Assembly (NCBI GenBank): GCA_053919585.1
Contig: CM132806.1
DNA length: 64,000 nt
DNA from: Euprymna scolopes
Lineage: Eukaryota
Strand: one strand, 5' to 3'
The position numbers and the translations under genes were made by a program. Within the stretch, counting starts at the first letter, position 1, and each line of letters starts with the position of its first letter. This document shows, one piece after another, positions 52,315 to 63,981 of this stretch. The notes under the pieces are model-generated. The model saw only the letters and a program-made list of their open reading frames with translations, was not told where the DNA came from and made no database searches.

Positions 52315-54130
52315 TTTTATTAAAGTTTATTACATGACTTTAAGTCCAAAACACGACTCAAATTCCTGGTTTGAATTTATGTAGTTTTGTTTGGTTTGCT
52401 TGTCTTGTTTTGCGGTATATAAACCTTTTCAGGGGTTATTTAATGTCAAATTCATTTTGGAAAAGTGTGTTATGCTTCAAGTTCTTTATATCTTAAAATA
52501 CGCATTCATGGTTTGCTTTGGTTTGGTTGCTTTGTAGAAGAAAATTGCTGTTTTTATTTTTGCCTTTGCAGACCGAAAGAAAATTTGAAACATGGCGAGA
52601 CACACAGAAAAAAAAACGGTTTCGGAACTTTTTTTTTCCAATTATTTAACCGCGATTTTCACAAGTGACAAATCACAAAACGTCTTTTTTTACGATTATT
52701 GAACCATAAAACTCTTCCAGGTCCGCCAATGATTGACTGTTTAGGTACATACTTTGATGAATGGAAGCCTGGAAGAATTTTATGCTATTGTTGAACGTGT
52801 ACTTTTCCTTTTGTACTTTTTTCGTTTCTTTTTTTTTTATTTATTTATTTTTTTTTTTTTTTTGTAGATCTCAATAGTTGATTGTTCGCTTTTTTTGTTG
52901 AATTATGCTTTTCCGGTCGCTATGTGGGAACCGCTACGGAAAAATCGATGAATAAGTTTGGAGGTGAAACTTTAGGGGAAGGGGAGTCAGCAAATAGTTA
53001 GAAATACGAAACAACTCCACATAAATAGATTGGTGTATTTTTTCTCGTCGGCAAAGAGATGCTAGAACGCTATCAAACATGTGCAGGTAGTTCCAGTAAA
53101 AATAAAACATAAACACCAAAAGAACTATAAAAAGAATATCAATTGCTAAGGTTTTCTTTGCTTCTTGAAGTAAAACAAACACAAAATGACAGATTAGGCA
53201 CAAGGTCGTCGAAATGTGGGGCATCAGTGATCCGTGTTCACTTTTGTCTTTTCTACTCTTAGCCAGAGTTATTCTGGCCCATTCGTCCGAGTACTGTTCT
53301 TTTCATTCTTTCATAATTTATTTATCACTTTCTTCTCAACAGCCACCAAAATACCACATTTACTTTATAGACATCCTTACTGAAAATATCTCCATCATTC
53401 GAAATAATTTTATTTACAAAATATTTGCAATATCCTGAAACATGGTGGGAGTATGAAAAAAATATATAAAAAATAAAAAAATAAAGAAGAGGTAAGTACG
53501 AATTTCTGAAGATTTTGTCAAATTAAACAACCCACTGCTTTTCGGTATGTTCCGAACCGAAAACTATCATTTGAATCTCTAAAGGGGAGTGGGACTTACA
53601 TGGAATGAAAGTGAGGTGGATGTTGGGAATGAATGGTTTTATTTTCATAATCAATATCATTTGGGAGAACAGATGAAAATTTGGGCATGTCGGGCGATCG
53701 CTAATAGCAGAAAAATAAAATAAAGACAGCATTGCATTTTGACCTTATGCCATACATGCAGGAAACCATGTTTTTATTGCAAAAACACATTAAAAACATC
53801 ACACCCATATCTTGTTATTTGGTGGCAGGATGAGGAAACCCCACCTGCAAATAAGTTAGTTCATACCTAGAAATGGACTAAATCACGATAAAACTGATGG
53901 AAGATCAATGAAGGTTATTCTGCTTAATCTTTGTTCTAAATAGTAAATGACGCTTATAATGTGGCGCGGATCAGAGATCGACATGACATCTGAAGAAAAT
54001 AGTTATTGTAAATGGAGCAGTCTTAATAATAACTACAATCACGATATTCGAGGTGCTCGAAATAAGAACACGCACATGCAAAAATCATAGTGGGAAAGCC
54101 TTAGGAAACCGTAAGCCTTCCCTTTCAATC

Positions 54131-54172
<42 letters not shown>

Positions 54173-54547
54173 TCTTTCTTTCTCTCTCTCTCTCTCTCTC
54201 TCTCTGTCAATATTTGAGGTAAAAATTAACTGGTTAGTTTTATTCTATCTCTTGAATTTTAAAAGTACTATTTATGTCGAAATCATTGCATACAATTAAC
54301 GGAACACACGCTGCTATATTAATTACAAGTAAACATTGCAGGTTCATACCTTTCCAATACTATTAATGCGTAAATGCTCACGATAGATACAATAGGATTG
54401 AACCAGTTATAGCCAAGTACAGTCAGCAAAGTTATCGATCAGGTCAATCACAAACCTCATAATCCTTTTGCCTTCATCGACTGTCTTTTAATAATATGTA
54501 ACGTAAATATAAACTTTCAGAAGTATTTTAGGAATTGTTTAACAGTT

Positions 54548-54770
54548 TTTATGGAAATCGCACGAGACAAGACGTGAAGCAACTTTATGCGAAAAGCAAA
54601 TAGGAACGAAAGATGATTATCGTAAAGACGGAACATACCCATTGACCTTCGTCTTGAAAAGACCAAGGTAGTAGGTAGGAGGAATACAGTGCGCAGCAGA
54701 GATTCCACAAGCTTGCAGTTCTAGGAAAGAAGCTATTGGAATAAGAAAGTATATTACATGAAAATATCAA
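54548..54770 (-). mobile_element. CR1/L2-group LINE 3' end; related tails at ~43280-43330 and ~44262-44315
   Basis: YSNSFFPRTASLWN; shared terminal GAAATCGC..ACAAG..AAAGC.ACTT.ATG motif. Confidence 0.6.
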
Positions 54771-55037
54771 TGCAGCGAATTAATGAAGACCACTGGACCA
54801 ACGAGTCAAACGAGCTGAAACAAGAAAAGCAGGGAACAGATCAGACAATTCTGCCGAACACATACTATAATAGTATTTATTTTAAAATGACTAAAATTAA
54901 CAGTGTAACGCCTGCCGAAGAAGAAAGCATTAAGTCTTTCACATTACACATACGTTTCTGAACTTTCTTAAGAATTCTCAAATTGGACAGTGATTCAAGA
55001 ATACAATTCCATACTTACTTTTGTCCAGAATTTCAAC

Positions 55038-55467
55038 TAGTGATGGGACGATTTCAATATTTTCCCCGATTTCAATGCAATTACTGATTCTATTTTAAAC
55101 TCCCAAATTTCGATACAATTACCGATTCCGATGAATTATTAAATATAGAGTTGTTTTTTTAGGGGGGGGGGACTTACCGCAAAAACCATAAAATATGTGC
55201 ATATAATTTCCTAAACATAAAGGTTACACTTATGGAGATGATGTATAGATTTTATTTTACGGGTAGTTTAAAATCGATGAATATTTATCATTTCTTCATT
55301 AATATGAGTTATGGAAAATCAAATTTCAGCGAAAAATACAGAAATAAAACCAATGAAAAGAATTGTTTTAAGAATCAAAAAATAGGCACAATTTTGATAT
55401 CGATTCCGGTACCCTAAAAAGTTCCGATTTTCTCGATTTCCAATTCTGATTAATCGTCCCAATACTA
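55038..55467. mobile_element. hAT-type MITE with 8-bp TSD
   Basis: TIRs TAGTGATGGGACGATT / AATCGTCCCAATACTA; TSD ATTTCAAC at 55030-55037 and 55468-55475; subterminal CGATT repeats. Confidence 0.9.
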
Positions 55468-55517
55468 ATTTCAACACATGCTTGAGAACAAATTTTCATA
55501 ATTTATCACAGTTTGAG

Positions 55518-55790
55518 GCCAGTCTTTCAGTTTTTTAGATGGCCTTTCAGTTTTTCAGCTAGTCTTTCAGTTTTCTTAGCTAGTCTTTCAGTTTTTTAGC
55601 TGGGCTTTTAGTTTTTTAGATAGACTTTCAGTTTTTTTGCTAGTCTTTCAGATTTTTTGCTAGTCTTTCAGTTTTCTTTTTAGCTAGTCTTTCAGTTTTT
55701 TTAGCTAGTCTTTCAGTTTTTTAGCTAGTCTTCTAGGTTTCTTTTTAGCTAGTCTTTCAGTTTTTTAGCTAGTCTTTCAGTTTTCTTTTG
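55518..55790. repeat. ~20-bp minisatellite, about 13 copies
   Basis: (TAGCTAGTCTTTCAGTTTTT)n with variable T-run. Confidence 0.9.
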
Positions 55791-56386
55791 TTTTTTGTTT
55801 TTTTTTTTTGCTAATCAACTGATCTCTTTATCTTTATTTAATGGATATTTTTTATGTGATTTTTGTTGTCGTTTTGTAACCAAGAATCATGTCAAAACTC
55901 TTATTCTATAAACCGCTAAAATTATATAATTGTATGAATGTTCATGTAGCTTGCCACCCGACAAGATAAGGGTATGGTGGATAGAACAGACATTGTCTTA
56001 TGTAAATATCTGTATTTTTTTGTGTGTGTGAAACGCATAAAAGGTTCAATTAACAATTCCTTATCAAAAAAAAAAATAGATTCTGTGCTGCATTTGGAAA
56101 ACTTCATGAATTTTTAAGACACTTAATAAGAATATAAAATGGCAACAAGCCCCCAGTATCCCCCCTCCCTAAAAATGACCACCAACAAAGAGAATTTTAA
56201 GGATGGCATGATTTAGCTTACTTATTTAGTTTTACGGCATAACAACGTTCATAGCGTGATTTAATGCCGGAAGTTGACCTTTATTCTCATTGTGAATGGT
56301 TCAATGGGAGCTTTACTTTGTTAATGCCTCGGAATATTGGTGTTTTTATAATTTAATGCCGCAATGCAATAATATATTTGTTTTAG

Positions 56387-56665
56387 TCGGACTATTGTTC
56401 TCATCTTGAGTGTTATTTGTGCAACGTTTCGGTCGGGTTAACCTTCGACCTTAATCAGACATGTTGGTCGTTATCTTAGACAACAGGGAGAAAAGTTACT
56501 GGCTTGTTTCGTATTCTTGGAGTTGGTTTTTGTTTTTGTTTTTTCTCCGTGGTTTTGATTGACAAAGGGAAGGCAACTCTAATATTTCGTTTCGAAGATA
56601 ACGACTAACATGCATACACAGACCAAAACGTTGCACAGATAACACTCAAGACAAAAACAAAGCAA
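56387..56665. mobile_element. Palindromic pLTR-type element with decayed hammerhead
   Basis: Minus strand CTGATTA a ggtcg..cgacc GAAAC GTT gc (56421-56460); right arm partly deleted; shared tail CGGACTATTGTTCTCATCTTG. Confidence 0.75.
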
Positions 56666-57190
56666 GGAATATAAACAATCAGCTCTCATCTAAAATATTC
56701 AGATCTGTTGAATTGGTTTGTTTGTAAGTTTTACTGCAAGGTTTATTCAATGAAAATCAACACTCATCCATTATAATAAATTCATATATCTGCTATTGTA
56801 TTCACAGCTGTGGAAGGGTGCTCGCACCCTGCGATTAAAGTTTAAAAGAATGCAATATATGCGTATGTGTGTACAATGTTTTCTTTAAAAACTAATTAAC
56901 CGATCATTATGAATTTTTATGAGAGGTAAAGTTTTATAAAAAAAATCTATTTTTATATTATTGCTTTGTATGACTCTAATAACACACACACACACACACA
57001 CACACAAATAATAAATAATAAGTAATAAAAGAGAAGGAAAGCGAAGTCTAATATTTTTTAATTTTTTCAATTAAAGAGAAAAATCTGTCCAGAATATGCA
57101 CCGTGTTGCAGAGAATATATATTAAAAAATTATAATCATCGGTTTATTTAAAATAAAAACTATAAGCCTATCTTTAATTATTTTTCTATA

Positions 57191-57235
57191 CTTACAAATA
57201 CTCGTATTTCATCCTTCCGGAATCATCAGTGCAAG
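57191..57235 (-). ncRNA. Type I hammerhead ribozyme motif
   Basis: cttgca CTGATGA ttcc ggaa ggat GAAA tac ga gta TT tgtaag: helix I cttgca/tgtaag, helix II tcc/gga, helix III Atac/gtaT, predicted AUU site. Confidence 0.75.
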
Positions 57236-57254
57236 AGATAATGACTGTCGCTGA

Positions 57255-57340
57255 TCGTATGATTCGAACCCGGCAACGAAATCATCTCTATCTTCATTAG
57301 CAAGGAAAAAACTAGAGAGTTACCGTCAGCTACAATTCAA
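57255..57340 (-). promoter_or_regulatory. tRNA-like Pol III A/B boxes directly upstream of the 57191-57235 hammerhead
   Basis: A-box-like TAGCTGACGG (57332->57323), B-box GGTTCGAATC (57270->57261). Confidence 0.6.
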
Positions 57341-57635
57341 GTGTAATTAAACATTTATAAAGGCATAAACGTTACATAAGAACGGTTACCATACTATAAT
57401 TTTTTCTGGTTGGCATATAAATTGAAAACTATAAATTATGCCACAAGTAATATTTGTATGAAAGTTAATGGTAATGCAGAAATGTCTGGGTTGAATCGGT
57501 CATTGCAAATGAAGTCCAGACTAGGTGAAGATATCTGATACAAAATAGTTCAATGCTACCAACCATGTTGCCTATAATATATATTCCAAATTTCACAACA
57601 ATCCAGTTATTAGTTTAGAAGATTACCTTGTGTAT

Positions 57636-57678
<43 letters not shown>

Positions 57679-59547
57679 ACTACTTCATTTACTCACATAA
57701 AATTAATATACGAAAGTATAGATTTATGCGTAAACTTTAAGTATTTACTTCAAAAGTGCTCAATACCTAGGTAGAATTTATTTCACCATATTAAAAATAG
57801 ATATGGAAAGAGTTAATTTCGAAACATCGCTAAAAAAAACATCCCCACACCCAGCAAGCATAGCTATATTATTAAATTAATCCAAAAAAACAGATGAACT
57901 AATACGCCGAATGCGATGGCGAGCAAATCTCTTCCTTAAAAATGAAAACGTAAACAAAAAAGAATCCTATGGTTTTAAAACCCTTAAAAATGCGAAAACA
58001 GTAGACCTTTTGAAAAATTTTGAAAATGACCTTTTAAACGTAATTAAAAACCTAGAATTCCACAATCAACCTAACAATTTCCAACGGAAACTACACAAAA
58101 TCGTTAGAAACATAAACAACTCTAATAAAATCTTTGTAAAAGCAGTTAAAACCAGAAACTTTTATAAAATAGATAAGCAAGAATATAACAAACTAATCAC
58201 AGAAAATATTACAAAAAACTAGACACAAACGAATGCGACTATATAGATAAAATAAATACTGAAAGTAAACAAATTACCGATAAACTAAAAATTAGCGATA
58301 AAGTTGGCAAATTGAAACCGAGAGAGTCATACATTCTGCTTAAAGACCACAAATGGGACTTTAATAATAATCCCAGCACCCGCCTGATAAACCCAACTAA
58401 ACCAGAAATAGGTAGAATTAGCAAAACTATACTTTCTAGAGGAAAAAAAAACAAATCAAACAGGACCTAGAACTAAACCAGTGGGCAAATACTACCGAAG
58501 CAATCACCTGGTTTAAAAATATAGAAAACAAAGATAAATGTACGTTCATACAGTTTGACATCGTAGACTTTTATCCCTCGATATCCGAAGAACTTTTTAA
58601 CATTGCCCTAGAATTTGCCGAGGCATACACTGATATATCCTCAGAAGAAATCAACATCATTAAAAAATGTAGAAAATCAGTTCTAATAAATAACAATAAC
58701 CAATGGATAAAAACTAAAATGAAAAATTCGTTCGATTTGGCGATGGGTGCCAGAGACTCTGTAGAGGCATCAGATCTTGTGGGATTATTCATTCTATATA
58801 CCCTCACAAGCATATTCGATAGTACGGATATCGGCCTATATAGAGATGACGGACTAGCTATAATAAAAAAAACTCCAACAAAGTCAAGGGAGAAAACTTT
58901 AAGAAAATCATACACAAGGAAACGAAAAAATTAGGCCTAAAAGCGGACGTATCAGCTAACATAAAAATAACAAACTTCCTGGACGTCACGTTAAACTTAG
59001 ATAAAAACACATATGAACCATACTTAAAAGATAACGCTACTCCAATTTACGTAAACCCTAAGTCCAACCACCCACCATCAATTATAAAACACATTCCTAA
59101 CTCGATCGTAAGTAGGCTCAGTAATAACTCAAGCGATGAAAATGCATTTAACAGGTCAACCAATATCTACGAAACAGCCCTAAAAAATAGTGGATACAAA
59201 AATATCGATATCAAATATAAGCAACAAAACACCAAAAACTATAATAAAATTAAAAATAGAAGAAAAAGAACTATAATTTGGTATACGGCCCCATACAATC
59301 AAATGTTAAAAACAAAACTTGGCAAGAAATTTCTAGATCTTATTGAAAAACACTTTCCCGCAACCAACCCCTTACACAAAATCTTCAATAAAAATACCTT
59401 GAAGTTACCTTACAGTTGTTACGAAAATGTAGAGATGATAATTAAAGCACATAATAACAAAATACTAAATGAAAACAATGTAAACAACAACAAAATAACC
59501 AATAAAAAAGTAGACACCATGCTAAAAATAAAACCAACACTAGCAGA

Positions 59548-59592
<45 letters not shown>

Positions 59593-59782
59593 CCAACCCC
59601 GGACAAGAACAACCATACCATAAATAAAAATACTAATAACGAACAAGATAAATGCAACTGTAGACACCGCATACTTTGCCCAGTCAAAATAAATGTCTAA
59701 CAAAAAGCGTAGTTTAATTTTGATTTTTATTTCGGACTATTAGTCTCATCTTTATTAGTTGTTGTTTTTGGATCTTTTTATT

Positions 59783-59832
59783 GGTTCACAACGTTTCGGC
59801 CAACTTCCTCTGGCCTTCGTCAGGTGGTAACC
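59783..59832 (-). ncRNA. Minimal hammerhead ribozyme motif (left arm)
   Basis: Reverse complement of 60125-60174. Confidence 0.8.
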
Positions 59833-59939
59833 GCGACGGATAGGAACTTCGAATCTCCTAACTGCATTCTCAGCCATCACTGCCATCCGTAGTTGTTGTC
59901 GTCTCACCACATTTTTGACCAATTAACCTCTGGCACGCT

Positions 59940-60026
59940 TTGGGTGGGATTGAAACCGCTATCTTCAGACAATGTTCATCTGGAACCGTACAGATTCAAC
60001 GTCTCTATCAACTGCGCCACGTGCCA
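59940..60026 (-). promoter_or_regulatory. tRNA-like Pol III internal promoter in the palindrome loop
   Basis: A-box TGGCGCAGTTGA (60019->60008), B-box variant GGTTTCAATCCC (59957->59946). Confidence 0.6.
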
Positions 60027-60124
60027 GAGGTTAATTGGTCAAAAATGTGGTGAGACGACAACAACTACGGATGGCAGTGATGGCTGAGAATGCAGTTAGG
60101 AGATTCGAAGTTCCTATCCGTCGC

Positions 60125-60174
60125 GGTTACCACCTGACGAAGGCCAGAGGAAGTTGGCCGAAACGTTGTGAACC
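60125..60174 (+). ncRNA. Minimal hammerhead ribozyme motif (right arm)
   Basis: ggtt ac cac CTGACGA a ggcca gaggaagt tggcc GAAAC GTT gtg aacc, followed by AATAAA. Confidence 0.8.
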
Positions 60175-60929
60175 AATAAAAAGATCCAAAAACAACAACT
60201 AATAAAGATGAGACTAATAGTCCGAAATAAAAATAAAAATTAACATATAATGCTCATCTCAAAAAATGAATTCCAATTAAGGAATAATATATATATATAA
60301 AAAGCGTAGTTTATCAAGCAACAATATTTGCGAAAGAAAACCCGAATAACAAGAAATATTACGTAGGCATGACTTCCTTAGATTTCCAAACCCGATACTA
60401 TGACCACAAAAGCACATTCAAAAATAAAAAAACACCGTATAAAAACAACACTAGCGAATAAATACTGGGAACTCAAAGAAATCGGACATTCGCCGGTAGT
60501 CGAATGGAAAATAATAAGACAAGCTACTACGTGCAGACATTTAGACGACCCATGTAAATTATGCCTCCATGAAAAATTTGCTATCCTGTACTTTAAAGAA
60601 CCCCAAAATCTATTAAACTGTAGACGAGAAATAGCAAACAACTGTGTTCACAAAATAAAACTTACTCTAGGATGGCGATACAAAATAGCTTTAAAACTAA
60701 CAATAACAATAGAAAACAAACAAATAAATAAATTAAATAAACATGAATATACATAAACGATCACACATATATCTATATATATATATATGTATATATATAT
60801 ATGTATGTATATGTATATGTGCAGGTATGTGTGTACACATATGTATATTTATATACATAAAAAAAGGAAAACGTCTACCTTAAACCACTAACATAATTCT
60901 AAAACAGATCCTTTGTTCGATAAAATGCA

Positions 60930-61012
60930 TGCCCATTGGCTGATAGGAAGGGGCGCGGTGGATACTAGAAAGCTGATTGGCTAACTAAAAATCCTCAACA
61001 TATATAAAAAAA
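60930..61012 (+). promoter_or_regulatory. Pol II promoter-like cluster in the Penelope 3' pLTR
   Basis: Two inverted CCAAT boxes (ATTGG), GC-rich GGGGCGCGG, TATATAAAA about 30 nt before the ribozyme. Confidence 0.5.
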
Positions 61013-61032
61013 AAGAAACAACAACAGAATTC

Positions 61033-61095
61033 GCGCATAAGCCTGACGATTCCTATAGTGGATGAAACGCAGAATATTCAGCGTAGCTTAATCGC
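61033..61095 (+). ncRNA. Full type I hammerhead ribozyme at the Penelope 3' end
   Basis: gcg ca taagc CTGACGA t tcc tatagt gga t GAAA cgc agaatattca gcg TA gctta at cgc; three helices, internal loop in helix I, predicted GUA site at 61085; followed by (TA)n. Confidence 0.88.
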
Positions 61096-61099
61096 CATA

Positions 61100-61164
<65 letters not shown>

Positions 61165-61167
<3 letters not shown>

Positions 61168-61295
61168 ATCCACATAATACTGTTTAGCTGTTTCACAGCT
61201 CATCAGTGCGGCTAGACAGGCAACTACCTCAAGCTAGGATTGAAACCCGACCGTCTGTACGACAGTCAAGCGGTTGCTGTATGAGTCATGAGTTT
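61165..61295 (-). mobile_element. tRNA-like head followed by a decayed hammerhead-like motif
   Basis: Minus strand: weak A-box TGACTCATACAG, B-box GGGTTTCAATCC (61248->61237), then ccgca CTGATGA gctgt GAAA cagct...TTA tgtgg (61211->61170). Confidence 0.55.
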
Positions 61296-61431
61296 AACGA
61301 TGTTTTGACATCGTCCAAACTACCTAAGCTCGATTTGTTTATACAAAGAGCACCGCTTTATACGCTAATGGTAATTCGTGTATCACTTCTCAATATGCTC
61401 AACTCAAGGTGAGGAGCATTATATATATATA

Positions 61432-61495
<64 letters not shown>

Positions 61496-62884
61496 AGGGG
61501 AGACAAAACTTGCTGCTACGGTTTCAAATGCAAGGAGACTTGATTCCAAATATTTCTCATTTATTATATCTCCCTTTTTTGGGAAATATGGTATAATTGT
61601 GAATATCTCCAGTATCAAATAAGTCTTATACACTGTGAAATGTACGTTTTATATGAAAACCAAAGACGGGAAGATATAACATATGGGAAATATTTGGAAT
61701 CAAGTCTCCTCTTGCTGTTATTTCAGATCACAGCGTCGAAACCAACATTTACTTTTTTTTTCTAATTTTTCGATAATATGTCGAAGAGATCATTCTTTTT
61801 AACGATATTTGGCTGCTCGCTGATAAATAAATATCAATAAAAACCGACATAGTGTTTCAAAATAAAGACGAAAGGTGATTGAAAAAGATTTGAAAGACGA
61901 TAAGTGTAAAATATGAATAACTCACTTTAAAGATGATAATCAGAGAAAACCCGCATGATAACGGACTCAAGCTATTTATTCGCATATATGTGTGCGTCAT
62001 TGCAGCTAGTGGATTTAGGATTATCGAAATATATCACATTTCATTTTTATGAGACGCATTTCCGCCATCTCCACGGTCACTGAAACAGTTATTCGACGAC
62101 GAAATATTCCTATTATTCATTTAACGAACACAGTAAGTTCCCGTAGCGTGTTCGACCGAGGGGAAAAGCACTTGCCATTTTCTTATAACATCCACAAATA
62201 TATACGTCACTGCGTGAGGAGGCGCGTGTCTGTGTATGTGTTCGTTAACTGTGTTATAAAAAATGTCATAATATAACGAACAAGTCAGACATATCGAACA
62301 ATACATCATTTTTATTCGTAGCAGACTCTATTAATGGACGTCTGCTTTATTCTGATAAAACTAGTTTCGAAAATGCGTAGTTAATTATTTATTTATTTTG
62401 CAATTAATTTTACAAAGTATTTTATTCTCCTAAATACGTCGTATGTTGATGAAGTTATTGCGTGTTTGAATACAACTTTTCCATCGTGAATCATTGCTTA
62501 AATAAATGATAAGTCTGTTATCAGGCGAAACACACACACACAAACACACACAAACACACATACACACACACATACATACATATATATATAGAATATGTAC
62601 AAAGAGACAGGGATGGATGGAGAGATAACGGGTAGGGGGAGATGCACTTAGGCATCACGCATACAATGTTGTCTGGTTTTAAAGTTTTGAATTGGATAAT
62701 TTAAACTTGTATGTTAACGTTGAGTTATTCTAACAGACTATTGGTAACAAANNNNNNNNNNNNNNNNNNNNNNNNNNNNNNNNNNNNNNNNNNNNNNNNN
62801 NNNNNNNNNNNNNNNNNNNNNNNNNNNNNNNNNNNNNNNNNNNNNNNNNNNNNNNNNNNNNNNNNNNNNNNNNNNNNNNNNNNT

Positions 62885-63750
62885 CGGCGTTTCGCGGTCG
62901 TAAGTACGCTTAAATATGATATTTTAATTTACGCAGATTTCATATTTATTATTATAGAGGCAATTTCGTATCGATTATTATATTGTACCTAATATATAAT
63001 AATTATTTCTAAAGTAAAAAATATGACGTGTGTGCCATCATTAAAATTGTATCCAAAACATAGCGATACAGCCTCATGCGTTAGTGTTAACCTAAAACCA
63101 TATGTGCACAAGAACTGAAAAAAAACGTTGTGTAATGTTTAATTATCGCATGTGATTTTGACCTCTTAACAGGTATTTTACCGGCTAAAACAAATACCCC
63201 ATGTATAAAATTTCAAATCTATAGACTACATATTCAGAGAGGAGTTTGATAGAGACTTTTCGCATACACACAGACAAACTAGCCGGTTAAATACGCTTAA
63301 ATAGTATATGTTAATTGTTGTAGATTTCTTATTTATTATTATAGAGCTAATTATCTATGGATTATTATATTGTACCTAATATATACTTGTGATTTCAAAG
63401 CTAAAAAAATGACTTGTGTGCCATCAGCTAGAATCGAAACCGAAACATCCTCATCTATCAACGCATTACGTAAATCTATACACATACAAAAACCGCAAAA
63501 CATAACGTTGTTTGACCAGTGACTTTAAATTAGTGTGTGAACAGAAAAAAGACGGGTAGAGTTGAATTACGCCAAGGCTATTTTTTTTTTAATTTGATCA
63601 CTTGAGAGGCTATTTTATCGGCTTAAACTAAATTAAAACTGTCTTAACGCTCCAAATATATATCAAATTTACATCCTGTGAGCCATGCAGAGAAGAGTTT
63701 GGTAGAGAGTTTTCACGCACACATCGACAAGATCACTTTATATATATGAG
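62885..63750 (-). mobile_element. Two tandem decayed non-autonomous Helitron-like units
   Basis: 62930-63280 resembles 63320-63730; both share reverse-complement similarity with the 39005/47655 family (AAATTTCA..TAGAC..AGAGGAGTTTGGTAG). Confidence 0.5.
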
Positions 63751-63848
63751 ACTGTAGATAATAAAATATACCAATAGAAAGCGCTCGAGGAGAATATGGC
63801 CGAAAAATAACCTTTAGACGTCATTCTGTATAAGTTATCTACCGAAAT

Positions 63849-63918
<70 letters not shown>

Positions 63919-63937
63919 TGCTAGAACGTTTTCATCT

Positions 63938-63981
<44 letters not shown>

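Larger units (their letters stand above)
59717..60298. mobile_element. Young palindromic non-autonomous element (tRNA-like head + hammerhead) with 15-bp TSD
   Basis: Arms 59717-59937 and 60020-60240 almost perfectly inverted; 82-nt loop; TSD AAAAAGCGTAGTTTA at 59702-59716 and 60299-60313; ends in short (TA)n. Confidence 0.93.
57803..60756 (+). pseudogene. Penelope-like element ORF: reverse transcriptase + C-terminal GIY-YIG endonuclease (possibly Hydra clade), frameshifted and interrupted
   Basis: MERVNFETSLK..RRMRWRA; FIQFDIVDFYPSI; FDLAMGARD; GLYRDDGL; NFLDVTL; SNHPPSIIK; CNCR..CPV..CLTKSVVY|QATI...YYVGMT; CKLCLHEK..LLNCRRE..CVH. (AAT)n expansion at 59547-59589 and insertion 59717-60298. 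Confidence 0.95.

Noticed and set aside
59893-60087. 64-aa ORF across the palindrome loop
   Set aside because: Non-ATG start, no homology, explained by the inverted repeat.
57803-60756. Naiad/Chlamys-type PLE or telomerase
   Set aside because: Endonuclease is C-terminal and a hammerhead is present; no telomerase-specific domains.
61850-61885. Additional hammerhead resembling the 28.5 kb motif
   Set aside because: Only AAATAAAGACGAAA matches; catalytic core and helix I absent.
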